Shown here one piece after another: positions 32,945-41,136 of a stretch of 61,490 nt of DNA. Source of the stretch: Candidatus Saccharimonadia bacterium (GTDB lineage Bacteria > Patescibacteriota > Saccharimonadia > UBA4664). The stretch is taken from the NCBI GenBank assembly GCA_035544015.1, contig DATKIP010000113.1, positions 1 through 61,490 of the forward strand. The letters are read 5' to 3'. Position 1 is the stretch's first letter; every line of letters begins with the position of its first letter. The translations under genes and the position numbers were made by a program. Under the pieces are notes generated by a model. It saw nothing but the letters and a program-made list of their open reading frames with translations. It was not told the origin of the DNA and did no database searches.

Positions 32945-34276
32945 GGGCCACGGCAGCGGATCGGGGTCGCCGTAATCGGCGTCTTCGGCGGGTGCCGGCG
33001 GCTCGACCAACACGTCCCACAACCCGCGCCCGTCCTTGTAGAACCGCTTGGTCTGGCGCTGGAGCGTCGATGTCACGGTGGTCCGCTTGGCCGGCGCCAT
33101 CGCCTCGACAATCGCCGAGAGCTGGGACGGTCCCTCCCGCCTAATGTAGCCCGCGATCCGGTCCACCAGGGGCAGCGCCTGCTCAAGCTCGGGGTCGTCC
33201 ATCTCTTCGCGATCCCAGCGGCAGACCTCGTCGTTGACCTCCCAGCGCAATCCGACCGGGGGAGGCTCCTTGCCGTTGTTGACCTTGGCGATGAACAGGC
33301 CCAGGTGGCGGAAACCATCGGCGGCAGGCTCGTGGGTCTGTTTCAGATGGAACGACCGCCGTATCCAGTTGCGCTTGAAGATCGACCCGTACGCCTTGGT
33401 GGCGATCTTCTCGGACTGAGCCTGCTCTGAGCTGATGTGGTCGATCAGGAACGCCGTCAGGCCGATGCGGCGGAGCGCCCGATTCATCCTCGACGGACCC
33501 TCGTTGGACGGGGCGCCGGCCGAGATCGAGCCCGCCATCGCGGCCTCGATCGAGTCCACGACGATCAGGATGATCCCGTTCTCCTGGCAGAGCGCCAGCA
33601 CCCGCTCGACGGCATCCGAGAGCGGCCCGTCCATCCGCAGGTACCAGATGTCGGGATAGGTGATGCCGGCCCCTCTAGCTATCTGCTGGACGCGGGCATT
33701 CAGGGTGTCCTGATCCGTCTCCCAGTCCAGGTACAGCACGGGGCCGCGCTGGTGGGGGCGGTAGCCGGGCAGGATCTCGATGCCCGTCGTCACGCTGACA
33801 GCCAGCGCCAGGCCGAGCCACGATTTCCCCACCGATCCGTCGCCGTGGATCTCGTTGTTCTGGTTGCGCTCCAGCAGCCCATCGACGAGCCACCCGCCGT
33901 CGATGGGCGCCGGCAGGTTGCCGATCAGGACGGCGGGCTCGGCCTCATCGTCGCGCCTCTCGACCTCGACGCAGAACGCATCGACGATGTTGCGCCACTC
34001 GATGCTCGGCTTTCGCTCCAGCAACCGATTGGCGAATCCCGCGCGGTCGCGGCCGGACGATAAGTTCAGCACCTCGCCCGCAAGCCGCTCGCGCGGCGTC
34101 CCGCGCCCTGGTGCCTTGTATTCGACGTCCACGTAGCCCTTGAGGCTGCCGCCGTCCCGACGCAGGCGTCGCACCGTGATGCGACACGTACGGTCCAGCA
34201 TGACGGCGCGCCAACCGAGCCCGTGCGCCTCGAAGGAATCACCTGATGGTGCTGGTTCTTTGGCGACAGCCATCAC
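32921..34276 (-). CDS. RecA-fold replicative helicase / RepA-like ATPase (AAA_25-type), 451 aa
   Basis: Walker A HGDGSVGKSWLGLALA. Walker B IILIVVDSIEA. ATGA overlap with the primase gene upstream. The C-terminal codons run into the palindrome cluster. Confidence 0.75.
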   Translation of the reverse strand: MMAVAKEPAPSGDSFEAHGLGWRAVMLDRTCRITVRRLRRDGGSLKGYVDVEYKAPGRGTPRERLAGEVLNLSSGRDRAGFANRLLERKPSIEWRNIVDAFCVEVERRDDEAEPAVLIGNLPAPIDGGWLVDGLLERNQNNEIHGDGSVGKSWLGLALAVSVTTGIEILPGYRPHQRGPVLYLDWETDQDTLNARVQQIARGAGITYPDIWYLRMDGPLSDAVERVLALCQENGIILIVVDSIEAAMAGSISAGAPSNEGPSRMNRALRRIGLTAFLIDHISSEQAQSEKIATKAYGSIFKRNWIRRSFHLKQTHEPAADGFRHLGLFIAKVNNGKEPPPVGLRWEVNDEVCRWDREEMDDPELEQALPLVDRIAGYIRREGPSQLSAIVEAMAPAKRTTVTSTLQRQTKRFYKDGRGLWDVLVEPPAPAEDADYGDPDPLPWPDAGDADA

Positions 34277-35193
34277 GCGCCGAACCTCGGGATGCCGCCG
34301 ATGCCGGCGGCTGGTGCGAGCTCCGACAGCGCGTCCTTGAACGCGACGCCATCGAGCGCTTGCAGGAAGGTGAACACATCGCCCCGAGCGTCACACCCGA
34401 AGCACTTATAGAAGGGTTGGCGCGGGTCCACCTTGAAGCTGGGCGAGCGGTCGGCGTGGAACGGGCAGCACCACCACGGCGTGCCCTGACGAACCTCCTT
34501 CGGTGGCCCCAGCCGCTCCTCAACGACCCTGAGCAGATGCGTCCTGGCAGTCCCCACCCGCTCGTCATCGCGCGCGCGGTCATATGTAGGCCGCACCAGT
34601 TTCGGCCTCGTCGGTTCGGGATGCAGCCGCCAGGGTCGGGCAGACTGAAGCAGATCGGAGACGATGCCGGCGCGATCCGTCTTCGGAGACAGGTCGGCCG
34701 CATCGAAGCCCTTCTTCAGCAGCCCATGCCTGATCGTCCCGTCCTCGCCCACCCACTCGGGAACGATGGCTCTAGGCAGGTGCCCACCGAGCCGATGGAG
34801 CTCCCAGGCGATCCGGTTCATGTGCTGGTGACCCTCGCGGTCGTGGTCGGGCCAGAGCACCACGTCGAACGGCAGCAGCACCGACAGGGCGTCCTCACCG
34901 GGCGTGGCCGAGGCGCCCGTCACGGTGCCCAGCGCATCGAATCCCAGCGCCCACAGCGCGTCGCGGGCCTTCTCGCCCTCGGTGAGGATGACGGTCTCCC
35001 CAATCGTGAGCGACGGGATGCGCTCGGCGCCGTACAGCGGCAGATCGGGCGTGGATAAGCCCATCAGGCCGTCCCTGGCGTCGCACCCGGGCACCTGCCA
35101 GTACATCCGCTTCTGACCGCCGGGCCAGCGCACCGCCACATGCTCGGCGATGGTCTCACCGAGCATGTCCCTGATCTGGTAGACCGTCCTCAT
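34273..35193 (-). CDS. DNA primase-like protein, Toprim domain N-terminal and CHC2 zinc finger C-terminal, 306 aa
   Basis: Toprim: VILTEGEKARDAL...VVLWPDHDREGHQH. CHC2 finger: WWCCPFHADRSPSFKVDPRQPFYKCFGCDARGDVFTF, near the C-terminus. Confidence 0.75.
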   Translation of the reverse strand: MRTVYQIRDMLGETIAEHVAVRWPGGQKRMYWQVPGCDARDGLMGLSTPDLPLYGAERIPSLTIGETVILTEGEKARDALWALGFDALGTVTGASATPGEDALSVLLPFDVVLWPDHDREGHQHMNRIAWELHRLGGHLPRAIVPEWVGEDGTIRHGLLKKGFDAADLSPKTDRAGIVSDLLQSARPWRLHPEPTRPKLVRPTYDRARDDERVGTARTHLLRVVEERLGPPKEVRQGTPWWCCPFHADRSPSFKVDPRQPFYKCFGCDARGDVFTFLQALDGVAFKDALSELAPAAGIGGIPRFGA

Positions 35194-35208
35194 GGTGTGG
35201 CGCTCCGA

Positions 35209-36174
35209 CTAGAAGGCTTCCGCGTCTTTGGCTTCAGGCTCGGCGAGCATCTCGTTGAGCGTGGCGAGCATCTGGTGGACGGTCTCGCTGGCCTCCGTGA
35301 CGGGGTCAAAGTCGCTCACCGCGTTGGCGCCGTGTGTCGCCCGAACCTGAGCGATCTTCTCGACGATCTCGGCATTCAGCGCTCTGCGCGCCTGTATCTC
35401 ATCGGAAAGCTCACGAGCCGCTTTCTTCAGCGCCACTTCCGAGGCATTCGCCGGCGGTGCCTGTGGCTCGCCAAGTCCGGCTGCCGTCGCTGCCGCGATA
35501 CCAACGGACCACTGTTGGTCCCACTTCTGGCGGAACTCGGCGCCTGCCGGCTGAGGCGGAGGAGGGGTCACGTCCCCTATCTCTGGCCTGATCGCTCGGA
35601 TCGGAGCGGCCTGTGGGACGACCTCGATCTCACCGTCGTCCGTCACCGTGACCTCGGCGCCGAGCTCCTCGGGGGTGTACATGCCGCCCAGCGAGTCGGG
35701 GAACGCGAGGCGGGCCACGGCGCTGATGCAGCGAGCTCGCAACATGGCTGCCGGGTACTGCTTCCAGGGGCCGCCCTTGCCCAGTAACCCGGCCTGCTCG
35801 GCGTTCTCCATCGTCCACTCGAAGGCCCGTGCCTGGGGCCAGGACTTCCGCTTGTAGCTGACCGCGCAGCGCTGGGCGCTGGTCTCCACGAACTGGATCG
35901 CCTGGTCGCCGTGGTCACGGTAGACCATCGCCAGCATGACCTCGGCGCCAACAACCGGCCGGCCGTTGATGATTCCGATGTTGGACAGCGCGTACATCGG
36001 CGGAATCCCGATCTCGCGCCCCTTCTGGATCACTGCCAACGCGGCTGCCGGCTTGTCGATCCCCTTCGGGAGCAACCCCGAGGCGACCAGCTCGCGGGCC
36101 ATCTCCATCATCGTCTTCCAGCTTTGCGCGTCTGGCAGGATGTCCTGTCGCTGTGCCAATGCGGTCGTCGTCAT
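35209..36174 (-). CDS. recT: RecT-family single-strand annealing protein, 321 aa
   Basis: The N-terminal two thirds fit the RecT pattern (...AALAVIQKGREIGIPPMYALSNIGIINGRPVVGAEVMLAMV...PWKQYPAAMLRARCISAVARLAFPD). Confidence 0.8.
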   Translation of the reverse strand: MTTTALAQRQDILPDAQSWKTMMEMARELVASGLLPKGIDKPAAALAVIQKGREIGIPPMYALSNIGIINGRPVVGAEVMLAMVYRDHGDQAIQFVETSAQRCAVSYKRKSWPQARAFEWTMENAEQAGLLGKGGPWKQYPAAMLRARCISAVARLAFPDSLGGMYTPEELGAEVTVTDDGEIEVVPQAAPIRAIRPEIGDVTPPPPQPAGAEFRQKWDQQWSVGIAAATAAGLGEPQAPPANASEVALKKAARELSDEIQARRALNAEIVEKIAQVRATHGANAVSDFDPVTEASETVHQMLATLNEMLAEPEAKDAEAF

Positions 36175-36410
36175 GATTCACTCCACTGCGTCGTGTCGCT
36201 CTTGCCCAGGTTGCAGTCCGAGCAGGCAGTAACTAAGTTCGATGGATCGTTCGTGCCGCCCTGGGATCGAGGCCTGACGTGATCGACGTGCAGGCGCGCT
36301 CCGTCATGAGCGCTGGCGCCGCAGTAGACGCATCGAAAATGATCCCGGGCGAGGATGCGGAACCGGAGTCCCTTCCCGATCTTCGGCTCTACCGGCTTCG
36401 TTGCCGCCAC
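36171..36410 (-). CDS. HNH endonuclease, 79 aa
   Basis: RCVYCGASAHDGARLHVDHVRPRSQGGTNDPSNLVTACSDCNLGK. I prefer the GTG at 36410 with AGGGGG upstream, because the long track ORF (to 36956) would run antisense through a well-supported plus-strand gene and its promoter. Confidence 0.75.
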   Translation of the reverse strand: MAATKPVEPKIGKGLRFRILARDHFRCVYCGASAHDGARLHVDHVRPRSQGGTNDPSNLVTACSDCNLGKSDTTQWSES

Positions 36411-36521
36411 AGGCTGCCCCCTAAACTCTCCATGTGACTGGAGAATTATACGAGGAACAAAGATCAACTGTCCAGCGCTATAATCTATTATCGGGCTTGG
36501 GTTTTCAGTACCCTCTGCCCC

Positions 36522-36728
36522 GTGGAGCGAGACTACGTGCTTGTGAAGGAAGCGGCGGCCGAGCTCGGCGTATCGACCTGGGCCATCTGGAAAGCGATCC
36601 AACTCGGCCAGATCGAACGTACGGACAAGATTGGGCCTCTGCATGCCATTCCGCTCGACGTCTGGGAGCGATACAAGAAGACTCGCAGGCGTCCCGGTAG
36701 GCCGAAGAACAAGCCGGCCGAGCACTGA
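36522..36728 (+). CDS. Excisionase/MerR-like HTH DNA-binding protein, 68 aa, on the opposite strand
   Basis: YVLVKEAAAELGVSTWAIWKAIQLGQI is a typical Xis/AlpA-type HTH. The C-terminal tail is basic. An AT-richer upstream region contains gcgcTATAATc (about 36475-36485). Confidence 0.65.
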   Translation: MERDYVLVKEAAAELGVSTWAIWKAIQLGQIERTDKIGPLHAIPLDVWERYKKTRRRPGRPKNKPAEH

Positions 36729-36763
36729 GCCCCGCCCTCGGCGCCCACGGAGGACTGAGGGGG

Positions 36764-36940
36764 TCACAGCCCGATCCTCCATCGATCCTGGCCGCCGCGC
36801 CAGTGGACGAATGTCCACGGCCCTACGGCGACCTCGAACGACATCCGAGTCCAGTAGACGCGCGGGACGAATGCCCAGAAGATGCAGCGCACGCCGAGCC
36901 TGAGATCGTGCCCCCATTCTGGATTCCGATAGCGCTTCAC
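36764..36940 (-). CDS. Trp-rich mini-protein, 58 aa (below the track cutoff)
   Basis: GTG at 36940 after GGGGGAGGTGGAGC. Sequence (M)KRYRNPEWGHDLRLGVRCIFWAFVPRVYWTRMSFEVAVGPWTFVHWRGGQDRWRIGL with high GC3. Confidence 0.35.
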   Translation of the reverse strand: MKRYRNPEWGHDLRLGVRCIFWAFVPRVYWTRMSFEVAVGPWTFVHWRGGQDRWRIGL

Positions 36941-37022
36941 GCTCCACCTCCCCCACTTCGCCCGATCGCGCGACGGCAGGCGGCCAGCCGAGAGAGCAGC
37001 GTCAGGAGCGCGTAGAGGGCGG

Positions 37023-37793
37023 TCATGCTGTGGCCCCGTAGACGCGCATCAAGTGCTCGCCGATGGTTTGGGCGACGTCAACGTGGACGGCGTTACCGAG
37101 CATGCGCAGTCGGTCCACCCGGGAGGGAAGCCGAGCATCTGTTCCACCATCTCGGGCGTCAGTTCGACTCCCTCGATGGCCGCCCACTGTCCCAGCGTCA
37201 GCCCAAAACCGTTCCCATTCCCGTGCTGCGCCTTCAAGCGCTCCCGCCTGGCCAGCATCCGCTCGACGTCCTTGCAGCCGAACAGGCTGGCAGACGGGGT
37301 CGGATGCTTCAGCAAGCAGGAACAACCGGTCCCGCTGATGGTCAGCGCCAACGCAACAGGCACGGAGTCGGAAGGGCAGGACAGCGTAGCCGCGAGATTC
37401 GAGCGCGTCTCGGAATCGCTGCCAAGGCCAGGGAGCATCGGGACGGGATCGAGTGGGATTCTCGCGGAGAACAAGCCAAGGGCGAACGACGTCAACGATG
37501 CGGAGGAATTCAGCACCGAGCGACGGCGCTCCCGTTCCGACCGTGACGCGGGCACGGCTGTTCTCCTGGCAGGGATCTCCACCGACGAGCAGGTTGCAGC
37601 GCCAGTCGTCGGGATCGGAGGGAGGGAAGGTGCGGGCGTCATCGTGGCGCGGCAGGCCCGGCCAGCGGTGCTCAAGGACGGTTCGTGCACTGGGACTGAT
37701 CTCCACCTGGAAGGCGCACGTCAGGCCGGCGAGCTCCAATCCTCGATCGAGTCCGCCGCAGCCCGTAAAGAGAGAGCCAAAGACGAGATTCAC
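37023..37793 (-). CDS. DNA (cytosine-5) methyltransferase, 256-aa open frame whose central region appears to be encoded in a second frame
   Basis: Frame 1 carries motif I LFTGCGG, IV GGDPCQ, VI LRENP, VIII HQRDRLFLL and X MLGNAVHVDVA. The overlapping frame (track ORF 37049..37690) carries HPTPSAS...GNGNGFGLTLGQ...TPEMVEQMLGFPPGWTD between motifs VIII and X. See the matching finding. Confidence 0.7.
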   Translation of the reverse strand: MNLVFGSLFTGCGGLDRGLELAGLTCAFQVEISPSARTVLEHRWPGLPRHDDARTFPPSDPDDWRCNLLVGGDPCQENSRARVTVGTGAPSLGAEFLRIVDVVRPWLVLRENPTRSRPDAPWPWQRFRDALESRGYAVLPFRLRACCVGADHQRDRLFLLAEASDPVCQPVRLQGRRADAGQAGALEGAAREWERFWADAGTVGGHRGSRTDARDGGTDARLPSRVDRLRMLGNAVHVDVAQTIGEHLMRVYGATA

Positions 37794-38314
37794 CGTCCAG
37801 TGCCTCCCGCCGCATCGCTCGCGGCCTGGTGGGGCGGGGCGGCGGTGCGCTCGCTGACAGCGTCGGTGATCCTGATGAGCAAGTCTTCCCAGACGATCGT
37901 CTGGTACTCGGCGCCTGTCAGCACCAGCAACGGGTTGACGTACTCCTGGCCGTTCCGCTCGGTGCCCTTCGTGGTGAGCTCGTCGCAGATGAACACGGCG
38001 CGGAGGCCGCAGTCACAGTCGTGGTAGTCGCCCCGTGTGGCCTGCGGGTGATCGGGCTCGCAGGCCTGCCTGATCCAATCGACGCCGGCGCTATCGGCGG
38101 GCCGGTCGTAGAACACCTTGACGTGCTGAACGCAGCCCTCAGCGTGCTGGAAGGCCGGCAGCCAGTCGTCCCAGATTGGGCCGCTGTAGCCGTTCTGCTC
38201 GTTGATGTGGTTCGGGACGCCCTGGGCGTAGACTTCCCACCACGCGTCGCTGAACGAGCCGCCATTGGCTTCGTCGGGCACCTTGATCTGCCACATCGTG
38301 GCGTAGATGCTCAC
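37790..38314 (-). CDS. Hypothetical protein, 174 aa
   Basis: Track ORF with ATGA overlaps. Confidence 0.65.
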   Translation of the reverse strand: MSIYATMWQIKVPDEANGGSFSDAWWEVYAQGVPNHINEQNGYSGPIWDDWLPAFQHAEGCVQHVKVFYDRPADSAGVDWIRQACEPDHPQATRGDYHDCDCGLRAVFICDELTTKGTERNGQEYVNPLLVLTGAEYQTIVWEDLLIRITDAVSERTAAPPHQAASDAAGGTGR

Positions 38315-38493
38315 AGGCAGCCCCCTTCCGCCGCTGGCTCGGAGCAGTCTGCGTGGCGCTCGATGAATGCCTTGACGGCTGCTAGGTACTCACCGATCTC
38401 GACCGGCACCCCGATCGGTAGCCGCTGGTCGCACCGCTGGCACCAGCACCCCATCGGCACGGATGTCATGAGAATCCACGGGTGCTCGATCAC
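38311..38493 (-). CDS. Cys-rich mini-protein, 60 aa
   Basis: In frame with track ORF 38311..38709. The GTG at 38493 overlaps the upstream stop (GTGA). Contains ...MGCWCQRCDQRLP... Confidence 0.45.
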   Translation of the reverse strand: MIEHPWILMTSVPMGCWCQRCDQRLPIGVPVEIGEYLAAVKAFIERHADCSEPAAEGGCL

Positions 38494-38732
38494 GTCGGAT
38501 ACCCGCCCTTCTCTGCCGGCTTCGCGGCGACCGTCTCGAACCCCGGGAGCATGTCCCCGCCGGCCGCCCGCACCACGGCGGCGGCTGGGGCCGGGTCCAG
38601 AGCTTCGAGGGTCTGGAAGTGTGTCTCGGCCAGCCCGCAGAGCTTCGAAGAGTCGTCCTCGTTCCGCCACTCGCACACGCGGCACGTCTTGATGTGGGTC
38701 AGGAGCCACTGATAACGGGTCTCGTCACTCAC
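38490..38732 (-). CDS. Cys-containing protein, 80 aa
   Basis: Track ORF with a 4-nt overlap. Confidence 0.55.
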   Translation of the reverse strand: MSDETRYQWLLTHIKTCRVCEWRNEDDSSKLCGLAETHFQTLEALDPAPAAAVVRAAGGDMLPGFETVAAKPAEKGGYPT

Positions 38733-38962
38733 ATCGGTACCCCGTTCTCAAGCTCCGGGAACGCCGCCAGCCGCGCCTCGTCGAACGAGCCACAGGCCGC
38801 CTTCTGGCGCTGGATCTGCTCGCAGGCGCGGTACATGGCCGCGAAGTCCTGGCGAAGATCCCAGCGCGTCTCAGGGTCACCGTCGACCCAGGCCAGCAGT
38901 TCGGGCAGGATCAGCGAGACGTCCTCGATCGCGATCCGATCGCGCCTGGTGATGGTCTTCAT
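38729..38962 (-). CDS. Hypothetical protein, 77 aa
   Basis: In frame with track ORF 38729..39133. The ATG at 38962 forms an ATGA overlap. Confidence 0.5.
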   Translation of the reverse strand: MKTITRRDRIAIEDVSLILPELLAWVDGDPETRWDLRQDFAAMYRACEQIQRQKAACGSFDEARLAAFPELENGVPM

Positions 38963-39201
38963 CTCGCGGCCTCCGCTCTCACGGCGGCCAGCACCCGAGC
39001 CGTCACGGCCGCCGGTGCCTCGATCGGGGCAAGTCGGTTCACGAAGTGCGTGTGAACGTCGCCAGTCTCGGGCGCCGTGTTGCTCAGGAGTTTGGTCAGC
39101 ATGTCCGGCTCGTCGCGGATCGTCTCGCCGCACATGAGACAGGAGGCGAAGTTGTTTTCCGAGTGGATGGCGTTGCTCTGGCAGCGCGGGCAGCGGGTCA
39201 T
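38959..39201 (-). CDS. Zinc-ribbon protein, 80 aa
   Basis: MTRCPRCQSNAIHSENNFASCLMCGE... The ATG at 39201 forms an ATGA overlap. Confidence 0.5.
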   Translation of the reverse strand: MTRCPRCQSNAIHSENNFASCLMCGETIRDEPDMLTKLLSNTAPETGDVHTHFVNRLAPIEAPAAVTARVLAAVRAEAAR

Positions 39202-39323
39202 GGCATCCTCCCAGCGACGCTGTCCACCACGACGAATGTCAGGAACACGGCGCCAGCCAGGGCCAGGAACGCCACGGTCGGCCCCACCAGGAAGATCAGG
39301 GCGACGGTCAGGAAGCGGGACAT
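39198..39323 (-). CDS. Single-TM mini-protein, 41 aa
   Basis: MSRFLTVALIFLVGPTVAFLALAGAVFLTFVVVDSVAGRMP. In frame with track ORF 39198..39617. Confidence 0.4.
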   Translation of the reverse strand: MSRFLTVALIFLVGPTVAFLALAGAVFLTFVVVDSVAGRMP

Positions 39324-39505
39324 CGCACGCTCCTGATGACACCCGCGATGGCGTCGAGCTTGATCTCGCAATCGCCGACGAGGCTGGCCGCTGCGAATCG
39401 CTGCATGAGGTCGGGCGCCGCCTCGAAGGCCAGCCGGGCACGGGCGCGCTCGTCGGCGGTCAGACTGCCGACCGGAGAGAGGCGGTCGGTGGGACGGTCG
39501 GTCAT
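39308..39505 (-). CDS. Hypothetical protein, 65 aa
   Basis: Track ORF with an ATGA overlap upstream. Confidence 0.5.
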   Translation of the reverse strand: MTDRPTDRLSPVGSLTADERARARLAFEAAPDLMQRFAAASLVGDCEIKLDAIAGVIRSVRCPAS

Positions 39506-39705
39506 GCGACGCTCTCCCGTTCATGCTGAAAAGGCGCGGCGTCGAACATCTCGCGGACCCGGGTCTGCCACTGGTCGCGCGTCTCGTTCGGTCGCTGCCA
39601 AATGGCGCACGTCGCACAGGACGAGTCGCGGCAGATGTCTCCGAAGGCGTGCCGGACCGGGGCTGGCTTCATCGGCCCGTAGCAGAGGTCGTGTCGGGCG
39701 GTCAT
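39502..39705 (-). CDS. Cys-containing mini-protein, 67 aa
   Basis: In frame with track ORF 39502..39864. The ATG at 39705 forms an ATGA overlap. Confidence 0.45.
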   Translation of the reverse strand: MTARHDLCYGPMKPAPVRHAFGDICRDSSCATCAIWQRPNETRDQWQTRVREMFDAAPFQHERESVA

Positions 39706-39953
39706 AGGTTCCACCCGACCGCTGACACCCAGGCGTACTCGCGCCCACAGCCGCTGTCGATGCCGCAGTACACCCGTCCCCATCGCTCCCAGAGTGGCGG
39801 GTCCACCATCAGCCGCGCGCTGCACGTCGGGCAGCGTCGCGGAATGCCGGCCTCGGGCTTCCACCAGCGAAGCTGACGGCTCCAGTCCGAGAGCTTCAAT
39901 TCGGGCAACTTGACGTGGTCGGCTGGAGGCTTGCGCGATGTCGACGCGGTCAT
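39702..39953 (-). CDS. Zinc-ribbon-like protein, 83 aa
   Basis: Track ORF. Contains ...RRCPTCSARLMVDPP...YCGIDSGCG... Confidence 0.5.
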   Translation of the reverse strand: MTASTSRKPPADHVKLPELKLSDWSRQLRWWKPEAGIPRRCPTCSARLMVDPPLWERWGRVYCGIDSGCGREYAWVSAVGWNL

Positions 39954-40528
39954 GCTGCCCTCCGCTCGCCCGCTTCAGGCTCAGAGATCAGGCGGTAGGC
40001 CAGCACCCTGCCACGAGCACCCCAGTCCCAGGTCGCGGCCCGCTGTTCGATGCGGTAGCCGGACTGCCGGAGGCGGCACAGGCCTATGCGCACGGCGCTG
40101 CGCTCGTGTAGGCCGTCGTCGCCGTAGATCCAGATGGCGATGTCGCTCATCGTGAGCCACTGCTCACCGGTTGCCGCGAAAAGGGCGACGACCTCGCGCA
40201 GGCGACGGCTGAGTCGAAAACGCGTCGTCTCACCGTGACCCCTCCGCTCATTCGCGCAACGCTGCGAGCAGCATCGGCGCCAGCGAGGCTCAGGGATGAA
40301 CGCCGCCCCACAGGCACGACACGGGCGACGTCGTCGTCCCGCGAAGGTAGCGGCGCAGGCTGCCGAGCAGCAGCGCTTCGATGTGCGCTGCGGAGAGAAC
40401 GTGACGCCGCATGCACTGCACGCGCGCGGGAGCGGTCGCCTGTCCATGCGACAGCACGCCAGCGAGCAGTACGCCCCCTGGGTCGGCTTGAGCGACGTGG
40501 GGCAGGCGCGACAGGTAGGTACCGTCAC
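39950..40528 (-). CDS. Triple zinc-ribbon repeat + winged-helix protein, 192 aa
   Basis: Three repeats of C-x2-C-G-x-x-F-x-P-x5-8-CCS-x2-C (CRACPTS..., CSACGVTFSPQRTSKRCCSAAC, CRACGAAFIPEPRWRRCCSQRC), followed by an OmpR/PhoB-like winged helix (IYGDDGLHERSAVRIGLCRLRQSGYRIE). Confidence 0.6.
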   Translation of the reverse strand: MTVPTCRACPTSLKPTQGAYCSLACCRMDRRPLPRACSACGVTFSPQRTSKRCCSAACAATFAGRRRRPCRACGAAFIPEPRWRRCCSQRCANERRGHGETTRFRLSRRLREVVALFAATGEQWLTMSDIAIWIYGDDGLHERSAVRIGLCRLRQSGYRIEQRAATWDWGARGRVLAYRLISEPEAGERRAA

Positions 40529-41136
40529 GATGCCACCGCCTTCCGCCCAAGCACGCCCACGGGGACGCCGAGCAGATCGGCAGTGGCAGCGGCCTGCCGC
40601 AACTGCTGCGCGGTCAGGGCGGATGCTGGGTGGTAGATGTGGCCCGAAGGGACCGCGTCGGTGCTGGACACAAGATGCTGGGATAGAGCGCCGGCGGCGT
40701 CATCGAGACCATGCCCAATCTCGCCAATCGTCAAACTCTGTGGCCCAACACTTGTCACCGACGCGGCGCCCTCGGGAGTCGGAGGAGAGTGCCGGCGCCT
40801 TGCGAAGGCGGGGCCGGCGTAGGTGATGCCGTCGATGCGCCGCTGGTGGTCGGTGGCCAGCACGTAGACCCGCCGCTCAGCGTCGAGCTCACTCCTGGCC
40901 TGACGACAGAGCGTCTGGAGGCCATTCGGTCGACTCACCTGTACGTGGAACGCCGTGCGGCTGTGCCAGTCCTGATGTCCTGTGCACCACGCCTCACCAT
41001 TCGCCTCGTGCTGGCGATACGCTGCGACCGTGATGCGTAGCTTGCCGGCGGCAACCTTGGCACCATGCTCGGAGATGCGCTGCCCGACAGTCACCACCGC
41101 CCCCGCCAGGCGCGCCGCGTCCTGGGCGGGCGTCAT
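40525..41136 (-). CDS. Hypothetical protein, 203 aa
   Basis: In frame with track ORF 40525..41160. The ATG at 41136 forms an ATGA overlap. Confidence 0.6.
   Translation of the reverse strand: MTPAQDAARLAGAVVTVGQRISEHGAKVAAGKLRITVAAYRQHEANGEAWCTGHQDWHSRTAFHVQVSRPNGLQTLCRQARSELDAERRVYVLATDHQRRIDGITYAGPAFARRRHSPPTPEGAASVTSVGPQSLTIGEIGHGLDDAAGALSQHLVSSTDAVPSGHIYHPASALTAQQLRQAAATADLLGVPVGVLGRKAVAS

Noticed and set aside
36411-36956. The long N-terminal extension of the HNH ORF (track 36171..36956, 261 aa)
   Set aside because: The extension is Arg-rich and runs antisense through the plus-strand HTH gene 36522..36728 and its AT-rich promoter. The HNH domain with its own RBS and GTG at 36410 explains the coding signal.
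37049-37690. A 213-aa ORF as an independent gene overlapping the C5-methyltransferase
   Set aside because: Only its central roughly 65 codons look coding, and they correspond to the missing TRD/motif-IX part of the methyltransferase. I treat it as a second frame of the same gene, not a separate one.
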